Positions 54,441 to 64,000 of a stretch of 64,000 nucleotides of DNA are shown one piece after another. Position 1 is the stretch's first letter, and every line of letters begins with the position of its first letter. The position numbers were made by a program, and so were the translations under genes. The stretch is from Camelus ferus (taxonomy: Eukaryota): assembly GCF_009834535.1 (NCBI RefSeq), contig NC_045697.1, positions 57,910,001 through 57,974,000 on the forward strand, read 5' to 3'. The notes beneath the pieces were generated by a model. That model made no database searches. It had not been told where the DNA came from and was given only the letters and a program-made list of their open reading frames with translations.

Positions 54441-55869
54441 AACCCCCCATAAAAAGCTAAACTGGGGAGAGAGGGATCCCTGAGAGATTGGCTTTAGTAG
54501 AAGGAACTGCAAATCTGAAAATCAAACACCCAGTTTCTAGATTTTTTTCAAAAAAAAAAAAGCACAAAAGAGGAGGAAATAATTCAACCACACTCCTCGA
54601 AGGCCAAACTACTAAGTTCCAAGTCATGCATATTTTCATCTACGGCTGTTATTTAAAACACCAAATAGAATACAATGAATAGAAATCAGTGATTTAGGGT
54701 CCTTCTTATGAGCGTATATTTGCTAAAGAGAGAGATACCTAGACACTTAGAAAATATGAACCAATATTTTCCTACCTCCTTTAATAGAATTAGAATTAGT
54801 GGGGGCTAATGGATAACAAATGGAAAACTATGAATGGTTTTTCCTTTACCATAAAAAAAATTCAAATCTGCAATATTTGAAACCTAGAGAACAGTATGGT
54901 CTATAACTGTCACTAAGATACCCAGTAAAACATTGAAAAAGTATGAGTCATTGGATCCTTTAATGACACCAACTAAGACAGATTAAATTTCCTTTTCACC
55001 ACCCCCCAGAACCCCCAAAGATCCAATTTATTTTAGGTGAATCTTGTAACCAACTATATGTGTAAAGAATACCATACAATTAAATTTTTGTGGCCTACTC
55101 AAGTAATACACAAAACATCTTATAGTTAGCTTTTTAGAGGGTAAAAGTAATTTTCTCTAAGACAGAAATATGGTTGCTTTCTGAGAGTTTAACTGGTTAA
55201 AATAAATTTTACTTAAAATATAACATTAGCTATCTACTGTAGTGGGGATAAGCTCTCTCTCTGGTACAGTTAAAATACAAAGAAAAAGAACTTGAAATAG
55301 AATCAAAACATAACCACGTAAAACACACTATATTGTGTATAAAGAATAAATTAAAAGGAGGGGAGTGGAATACATAAGACCTACATGGACGGGACCTATA
55401 GTCCGATATGATTTAAAGATAATTGATTAATTGGACAAACTGGAATCATCCCATTTAAAAAAAATAAATATAGGCAAATTGGAAAAAGAGACATAGTGAT
55501 TGGTTTCAAGTCTATTGCCAAAATGATTAATATGATCAAAAGCATTAATAATGTTCCCTATCTTACCAAATTAAAATACATAGAGACCCAAATACAGGAA
55601 TTTGTTTGAAAGCTATGGTATATTTTAATTCACATAGTTGAAGAGGAAATTAAGAGAAAGGGCTCTGAACTCTAATGATCCAGGATGACGTGAATAAAAT
55701 TCAACTGGCAGGTTTCTCATTAATGAGTTTTTGAACTACTAAAAACAGAATTTGAATTTTCCATGCAAAAACTTACCACCAGTTATCAGAAAAACAAACT
55801 ATATTCATGGGATTTTGTATAACAAAAAGATTGCATAATGAAAAGCATGCAACATTTTAAATAAACTCA

Positions 55870-56050
55870 AATACGTACGTGGTATTATTGGAATCCTAGC
55901 CCCACTCTTACTAGTTATGAGTGATTCTCTAAGACTAATTTTCTCATTTGTTAAATAGGAACAATAATAACTACCTTGAAGAGTTGTTATTGGATTGGAA
56001 ATCACAAAGGTGTAGTACAAAGCAAATTTCCTGGTACTTAAAACACTCTC
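55870..56050 (+). mobile_element. MIR SINE
   Basis: gaatcctagccccactcttactagttatg...aattttctcatttgttaaataggaacaataataactacct. Confidence 0.75.
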
Positions 56051-56149
56051 AAAAACAGACAGAAAATGCAAAAGTTTCACATTAGAGTCTTGCACTACCA
56101 CAGACATATCACTTCCCTTCAAATAGTTTATAAACAGCAAGTTGTGTGA

Positions 56150-56578
56150 CACCATGCTATTCCTGTTCCCTATGAAATTCTTCCCCATAAATCCACATGA
56201 CCTACTCAATCACATCCTTTAAGTCTTTGCTCAAAAACGACCTTATCAATGCCTATCTTGAATTCTGAAATTTACTCACCCATTTCCACCCTTAGTATCC
56301 ATCATTCCTCTGAATTTGGTCTTTTTTCTTTCTTTTTTCCCATAGCTGTTATCTCTACTTAACATACAATGTATTTTAACTATTCATTACATTTATTAAT
56401 TTCTACCTATACCTATTCATTATATTTATTCATTTCATCTACAATTCCTTTCTAGACTATAGACTTCAAATATCAGATTTATTTTGCTGTTTTGTTTTGT
56501 TCACTGATGTGTCCTAACATGTAGCATAGTGTCTGATACATGATATGTATTCCAAAATATTGGCATTTGAATGAATAC
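56150..56578 (+). mobile_element. LINE-2 (L2a) 3' end
   Basis: catcctttaagtctttgctcaaa...ttttgttcactgatgtgtcc...catagtgtctgatacat...ttgaatgaat. Confidence 0.75.
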
Positions 56579-57559
56579 ACTAATTAATTAGATAATCCCT
56601 GGTTCTAAAAAAAACACAATTCCAAAGTTTATGAATAAACAAATACTAGAATGATAACTTCTCAAAAGGAAAAGAAAAAAGCGTCCTAATCTAATTTGAA
56701 ATCATTATCTATCCTCCAATAGAATTAACAATAGCCACTTGTGCAACATCACTAGGTAATTCCGTGTATTTTACCTAACTCATTGAACTGCTTTTTGAAA
56801 ATTCTCTCTACATCTTTATATTTGGAGATACTATTTAATGTGTCAATGGCTCTTATCTATATAGTTTTTCAGAGTACTTTTTTGCTAAATAAAATATTAG
56901 AAGGATTTTCATGACAAGAACTGTGTGGTTGAGAGCAAAAGATATAATGTTATAAAAGGTTTTAGATATTCAAACGCAGACATTCATATTCATCTGTCTT
57001 TCCAATTTATCTGTGAGATGTAAGACCTGTACTCTCCTTGGATTCCATGGAATTGATTTTATTGCTTTTTAGCACAGTGCTGTATCTCAAATATGCTTTG
57101 CCTTTACTTTGAAAAGATGCCACACCGGGATGTGCCTTGCATTTACTCAATGTAGGGGAAAAGGAACACTTAGAGATGCTAGAGACATTTATATTTAGGG
57201 CTCCTCATCAAATATTGCATTTAGGATAGCTGTACTTCTCCTTATCCCTGACCCCTTTAAGCAGGCTTAATTTATTTTTTGGCCTGGAGGAAAGATTAGC
57301 TTCAGCTAAATCACAGATATACTTCTTAGAGAAACAAATGTTTCACAGAGTTCCCAGAACTGGCAGATTCCGGATCTCTTTATTCTCTGAAATCTGACAG
57401 AATTCAAGTTCAAAGAAATGAGAATATAAGGCAGAGCTCATTTTATTGAGAATAACACAGAAGTTGATCTATGTCTAGTTTATACATAACTATGAACACT
57501 GAAATCTGAAATAATTGTTCAGACATTTTATTCTCTTAAATTCAGTTAAACATAGCAAT

Positions 57560-58210
57560 TTTATAAATGAATGGATTTTACACATAATAAAGCATGATTT
57601 ATTCTGAAATGAGCAGTGAATGCTTACTACACCCAAGGCTCTCCCACTGTTCCCAGGTAATAAAAAGTTGAATAAGAAACAATCCTGATACTTGATAAGT
57701 TTACTATTTTTAATAAACCAAAGCAAAAATTAGGATTACAGGAAGTACAAAAGAAGGACTGCTTAATTCTGATTATAGGGATGAGGGAAAACTTTCAAAA
57801 GGAGTTTGTACTTGATGAGGCCTTGAAGAATCTTTATGATTTTGTTGAATGAGGTAAAAGGAGTCTAAAGTAACTAACATGAAAAAGGCATATAAGCATA
57901 AAATTGCACAGATTACTAGAGGATTTCATAGGTGCCTGTTGTGACTGAACTTCAGTGTCAGGCGATTTGGGGGCAAGAAAGAGCTGGTAAAAAATGAGAG
58001 AATTGTTTAAGCCATATATATTTAGCATCTTAAATGACAAAGTTAAAACTTTAGATTTTACTGTGTTTGCCATGGAAACTTTGAACCATCTGAAGAGTGT
58101 CAAAATTCAGAAAGATGTTTGTTATTTTACACAAAAGTATAGGACTAGAGTATGAATCAAAATGTTAAATAGAATGATTATATAACTAAATATATTGCTG
58201 TAGTAATTGT
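57560..58210 (-). mobile_element. LINE-2 fragment (antisense)
   Basis: gaggccttgaagaat...tttagattttactgtgtttgccatggaaactttgaa. Confidence 0.5.
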
Positions 58211-58529
58211 GGCAAGATGTCATATTTTTCATTTTTGCCACCCTCACTTATAATTAAGATAACTAAATTATAGCCCATGAATATCCTTTCAGTAAATAAA
58301 TCTGTCTCTGAAGTCACCCTGAAGATACTGCTTTCTTGATTTTAGGAAACTAAAGATATAATTAATTACTCATGCAAGGCAAGAATATTAACCTAGTGCT
58401 AGAGACAGCAGAGTACCCAAACAGAAGTAGGTAAAGCTCTATGTGAACGGAGAATGAAGAGAGAAATTTTCAAACTGGAATGACAGCAATTCTTAATGAC
58501 AGATTACAGATGTTCAGTATGAAGTCAGA

Positions 58530-59975
58530 CTGTTAAAATTTGAATTTATTTTAAAATGCTGTGTACAATAGAACCTAAAAACTGAAATCCTTAGGAATAA
58601 GCCTAAAATTTTTTTTTTAAAAACACTGATCTCCAAGGACAACTAGAAAAATTGTTCAGAGAAATTAAGGAAAACTTTAAACATCTGACAAAAAAAAATT
58701 GAGAAAAAAAAAGGTATTTATGATTAGATCCCAAAAGTGTAAAATAGCAATTCTCTGAAGTTGGTCTATAGATTCAACATAATCCCAATTCAATATAACT
58801 CAATATAATATAATCAAAACATCATAATTTTTTGTGTGTGAGACTAAACATACTTATTTAAAAATTTTAACAAGAAAGATCCTTCTAAGAAGAAAACATG
58901 GAAGAATTGCTTCTATGAGATTTCTAGTAATTTAAACAATGTGATAGGTAGAATAACGTCTCCCTAAAGATTTCCATGCTCTAACTCCCAGGAACTGTGA
59001 TAATATTGCTTTTTATGGGAAAAAAATCTTTCAGTTATGATTAAGGGCTAGAATCTCAAAACAGAAAGATTATCCTGGATCATCTGGGTAGGTTTAATCT
59101 AATTACAAATCCGTAACAGAAAAGCCGAGGAGTTAATAAGAGAAACGTGAGGATAAATGAATAGACAGAAGAAACTCAAAGCCTTAGAGGGACCCAACTG
59201 AACATTACTGGCTTTGAGGTTGGAGCCAAGGAATGCAGGTAACATGTAGAAGCCAAGAACAGCTCTCAGTCTTACAAGCACAAGAAACTGAATTCTGCCA
59301 ACAAGCTAGATACCCCAAAAAGAAAGGCAGTCCTGCCAACACTTTGTTGTTAATGTTGTACAGCGAGACCAGTATCCCATTTGTGAGCCACATAACTGTA
59401 AAAATAATAAATTTGCATTATTTTAAGCCACTAAGTTTATGGTAAATTGTAACAACCACAACAATAAATTAATATAAACACTGTGATACTGGAGGAAAAC
59501 TAGATAGACAAGAAAATAAAATTGAGAGTTCAGAAATAGTCCCATATATATATCAACATTTCATATATGTAAGAGATAACTTTGAAAAATCAATGAGGAC
59601 ATAATAATCTTCTCAGTATACAATCTAGGATAAATGTGTAACCATATGGAAAAATAATATTTGAATTTCCAAATATGTAAAGCGAAGAAGCAAAGATCTT
59701 AGAAGGTAATAGAGAAGAGTATCTTCATGATGTATTTAAAAGACGCCATTAAAAGTATGGAAAGGCAAGGTTGAGAGTGGGAGAATGTATTTGCAACACA
59801 TAGTATTATATAATATATACAGAACTCCTGTACATCTCCAGGAAAAGTCAGACCTCTTTGATAATAATTTGGTAAGAAACTTGAACTTTACTAAAAACAA
59901 AATCAATTGACCAGTATACAGAAGGAATAGTCACTGACTTCATTACTAAGAAGGAAAATTCAAATTAAATCCAAA
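58530..59975 (+). mobile_element. Ancient L1M ORF2 remnant, interrupted by an MLT1 LTR
   Basis: cttaggaataagccta...gaaattaaggaaaac...tctatagattcaacataatcccaat; resumes after the LTR with tgtgatactgg...gagagttcagaaatagtccca...tgggagaatgtatttgcaacacata. Confidence 0.7.
58940..59476 (+). mobile_element. MaLR LTR, MLT1D/E-like, nested in L1 ORF2
   Basis: tgtgataggtagaataa...gattatcctggatcatctgggtagg...ttttaagccactaagtttatggtaa; near-perfect 5-bp TSD aacaa (58935-58939) / aacac (59477-59481). Confidence 0.85.
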
Positions 59976-60057
59976 GCTCCTCTCCAAAATGAGCAGAGTA
60001 AGAGAAGGGGGTCGAGGAGGAAATTAAAGAGGACGGAAAAGAAAAGAAGAAAACGAC

Positions 60058-63000
60058 TGGACTTCTGGTTTCTAAGTTTACATTAAAAGAAAAAAAAAAA
60101 AAAGGCTTCTGCTTAAAAGGCACTACCCCATCCTAATGACAAAAGCTGAACAGAATAAAATGTAAAACTTTTCTCGAATCTCTAAGAAAAGGGAAGACAC
60201 AAGGCAAACTGCACCCCAAGACTGCAGAAACAAACAGGTAAATACCGGGAGTTACGACTTACCGGAGCAGAGACGCGCGCTCGGAAACGGCCGTCAGGAC
60301 GGGTGCCGCTGTACGAAAACCTGAACTGTAAATGACTGATTGTTGCAGGCTTTTTGTGGATAATTCTGAGAGTTAGAATCTCCAGGAGGTCCCGGTCTTG
60401 GGGCAGTGGAGGTCACACACTTTGTGAGTTTTACCTCCAGGAGCTCAACCAGGTTCTCACAGTAAATAATGGAGAAAAATATCCTCACGCTTCCAAGAAG
60501 AGGAAAAGAGGAACCATTTTGAAACACAGCAGGACACTCTGTTCTTAAAAAGGCCTGCCCTCAGGTGAAACTAATGAACCGATCCCAGCCTGGGGGGATC
60601 ATCAGAACCTCCTTGACCTGGGGAAGGGGAATACCGGACCCCAGCTGGCGCTAGCCTTCCACAGGGAGAAGGGGTACATCCAAGCCCAGCCCACTCTAGG
60701 CATCCTGCCCCACCTAAGGGGGAAGAAAAAAGAATCTGGGAAACTCCTGTGAAGTTCACAGTCCAGAGGAAGAGGCTCCTGGAAAGACTGCAACCTAATC
60801 ATAGGACTTAGGATGATTCTCTTCCCCTACACCAAACCACCACATGACCAAATCCTAATTAACAACAGTTCCTTTATCATGTACAGCTGTCCAGGAAAGA
60901 ACCCAAGGCATAACAAAAGGCAAAAAACACAAGTAGAAATTACAGAGCAAACATCAGAACCAGCTGTGGCAGGGATGTGGAAATTATCAGGCCAGCATTT
61001 AAAACAACTATCCATATGCTAAGGACTCTAATGGATAAAGTAGACAACATGCAAGAACAGATGAGCAATGTAAGCAGAGAGATGGAAATTCTGAGAAAGA
61101 AAGAATCAAAAAGAAATGATAGAGATTAAAAAAACTGAAGTAGGCTCTTGATGGGCTTACTAGTAGATAGGACCCAGCTGAGGAACAAATCTTTGTGCTT
61201 TAAGAGATACTAACAGAAACCTTAAAAACCAAAAAGTAGAGAGAATAAAGACTAAAGAAAATAGAATATTCAAGGACTTTGAGACAGCTACAAAAATTAT
61301 AGCATACCTGTAATGAGAACACCAAAAAGAGAAGAAAGGAAAAAAGAAACAAAACAAAGAAAACAAACTAGAATTCTGTACCTGAGAAATTACCCTTCAA
61401 AAGTAAAGGAGAAAAAGATTTTCTTAGACAAACAAAATTTGAGGGAGTTTGTTATCAGAGTAAAGGAAAATAATATAGGTCAGAAACTTGGATTTACTTC
61501 GATTTACATAAAGGAAGGAAGAATATCGAAGAAGAAATAAGCAAAGGGAAAATACAAACTTTTATTTTTCTTATTCTTAACTGATCTAACAGATGACACT
61601 TTGTTTAAACTAATAATATTATTTTGTTATTATAAGTGACACTGCCTGTGAAGTGGTACAGTGTTATTTGAAAGCAAACATGAATTAGTTATTAATTTAT
61701 GGATGTAGCTATATTAATTTCAGACCTAGCAGAATTCGAAGCAAGGTAAGCAGAGGTAATGGGAAAATCTCAAAATATTGGGAGATTAAACAACACTCCT
61801 CTAAATGATACAGGGTCAAAAAAAAAATTTTAAAGAGCTTTAAAAATATGTTGAATTAAATGAAAATAGGAGAGGAAAGTTTGTAGCATTGAATAAATAG
61901 ATTAGAAAAGAAGAAAGATCTAATATCAATTATTTAGTTCCCATCTTAGGAAACTAGAAAAAGAACAACAAAGAAAATCCAAAGTTAAGCAGAAGAAACG
62001 AAATAATAAGAGCAGAAATCAACAAAATTGAAAACAAGAATTCAGTAGAGAAAAATCAATGAAACAACTGGTTCTTTGGAAAGATCAATAAAATCAAGTC
62101 TCTAGCCAGGCTAACTAAATAAAAAGGAGAGAAGACGTACATTAATGAAAGACTAATAGTGAATACTATGAACAATTTTATGCTCACAGATTTGATAACT
62201 TAGATGAAATTAACAAATTCTTTGAAAGATACAATTTGTCAAAACTCACACAAGATGAACTAGACAATCTGAAGAGGCCTATATTAATTAAATCAATCAA
62301 ATAATTAGTAATTCTCCAAAACAGAAAGCATCAGGCCAAGGTTGTTTTACTGATGAATTCTACAAAACATTTAAGGAAGAAATTATAGCAATTCTCTACA
62401 ATCTTTTTCAGAGAGTAAAAGCAGAGGGAGTATTTCCTAATTTATTCTGTAAGGCCAATATTATCCTGATACCACAACTAGGCACAGACATTATAAAAAA
62501 GAGAAAACTATAGACCAATAACTCTCACAAACATAAGTGTAAAATTTCTCAACAATAATTAATAGCCATGTATAAAAAGAATTACATATCACTAGGATTT
62601 ATCCCAGGTATTCAAGGCTGGTTTCAACATATAAAAATTAATCTACATGCAAAAAAAAACCGAATCCAAACACAGACCTTTACATTATTCACAAAAATTA
62701 ACTCAAAAAGGATCATAGACCTATGTGTAATACACTAGACTATAAAATTCCTAGAAAATAACATAGGAGTAAACCTAGATGGCATTGGGTATGATGATGA
62801 CTTTTTAGACACAACACAAATGATGTAATCCATGAAAGACATAATTCATAAGGTGGACTGCATTGAAATTAAAAACTTCTACTCTGTGAAAGATAATGTT
62901 AAGAGAATGAGAAGACAAGCTACTGTTATCCAAAATATACAAAGATCTCTTAACACTCAACAATGAAAAAACAAATCACTCAATTAAAAAATGGGCCAAA

Positions 63001-63987
63001 ACTTTATACAGACACCCCAACAAAGATAATCAGATGACAGCCATATGAAAAGGTGCCCCACATCCTATGTCGTCAGGGAAATGCATATTAAAAGAACAAT
63101 GAGATACAATTACACATCTCTTAGAGTGGCCAAAATCCAAAACACTGACAACACCAAATGCTGGGGAGCGTGTGGAACAAGAAGTCTCATATTTATTGCT
63201 GGTAGAAATGCAAAATGGTAGAGCCAGTTTGGAAGATAGCATGACAGTTTCTTAGAAAACGAAATATAGTCTTACCAACTGATCAAGCAGTCACACTCTT
63301 TGGTATTTACCCAAAAAAGCTGAAAATGTATGTTTACACAAAAATCTGTACATGGATGTTTATAGCATAAATGCCAAAACTTGGAAGAAAACAAGATTTC
63401 CTTCAGTAGGTATGTGTATAAGTAAAGCCTGATAGATTCATACAACGGAATATTAAAAAGAAATGAGCTATCAAGCCATGAAAAGACATGCAGGAAACAT
63501 AAATGCATATTATTAAGTGAAAATGGTTACACACTGTATGATTTTAACTACATGACATTCTGGAAAAGGCAAAACTATGGAGACAGTAAAATAATCAGAG
63601 ATTGCTAGAGGTTGGGGGTAGAAGGGATAAACAGTCAGAGCTCAGAGGATTTTTAGGGCAGTGGAAATATTCTGTATGATGTTATAATGATGGAAAAAAA
63701 AAAAATATATATATATAGTTATACATTTGTCCAAACCCATAGAATGTATAGCAGTAAGAATGAGCTGTCATGTAAACTGAACTTTGGATGATTATGATGT
63801 GTCATGCAGGTTCCTCAACTGTAACAAATGTACCACTCTGGTGGGAGCTGCTGCTAACGCGGGAGACTATGTATGTGTGGAGTATATGAAGATATATGAC
63901 ACATCTCTGTAGCTTCCCCTCAATTTTGCTGTGAATCTAAAACTGCTCCAAATAAATAATCTTTAAAATAAATAAATAAACAAATAA
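60058..63987 (+). mobile_element. L1MC1/L1MC2-like LINE with 5'UTR, ORF1/ORF2 remnants and 3'UTR; multiply internally deleted
   Basis: ORF1-like (aaagtagacaacatgcaagaacagatg; tagaattctgtacctgagaaattacccttcaaaag), ORF2-like (tggttctttggaaagatcaataaaat; gaatactatgaacaattttatgc), 3' end ctcaattttgctgtgaatctaaaactgctc plus A-rich tail. Confidence 0.88.
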
Positions 63988-64000
63988 GCATGGATTAACC

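Noticed and set aside
380..63508. The 60-134 aa ORFs in the supplied track as protein-coding genes
   Set aside because: Short, often without an ATG start, compositionally like random AT-rich translation, and many lie inside repeats; the only recognisable ones are L1 and Tigger1 remnants

Overview
AT-rich, CpG-poor mammalian genomic DNA that looks like a gene desert or the inside of a very large intron. It is probably camelid (alpaca/llama/camel): a short L1 3' end at ~40.3 kb resembles, from memory, the camelid L1 tail, and no Alu, B1, BovA/BovB, PRE-1 or Can-SINE is visible. I can support no protein-coding gene, tRNA, rRNA or CRISPR array. The only ORF-track peptides I recognise are decayed L1 ORF1/ORF2 and Tigger1 transposase fragments. 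The window is dominated by interspersed repeats: several L1s (three with clear target-site duplications, one twin-primed inversion, one internally deleted L1MC-type copy with both ends), two Tigger1 derivatives, a MER63-type hAT element, many MaLR (MLT1) LTRs, an LTR16-like LTR, an ERVK-like solo LTR with a perfect 6-bp TSD, and old MIR/L2 fragments. Repeat family names come from recalled consensus sequences, not a database search, and boundaries of old repeats are approximate. I found no convincing new biological system. The best leads are a dense CpG patch in an ancient L1 5'UTR, a candidate enhancer at ~48 kb, L1 insertion-mechanism signatures and weak exon-like signals.
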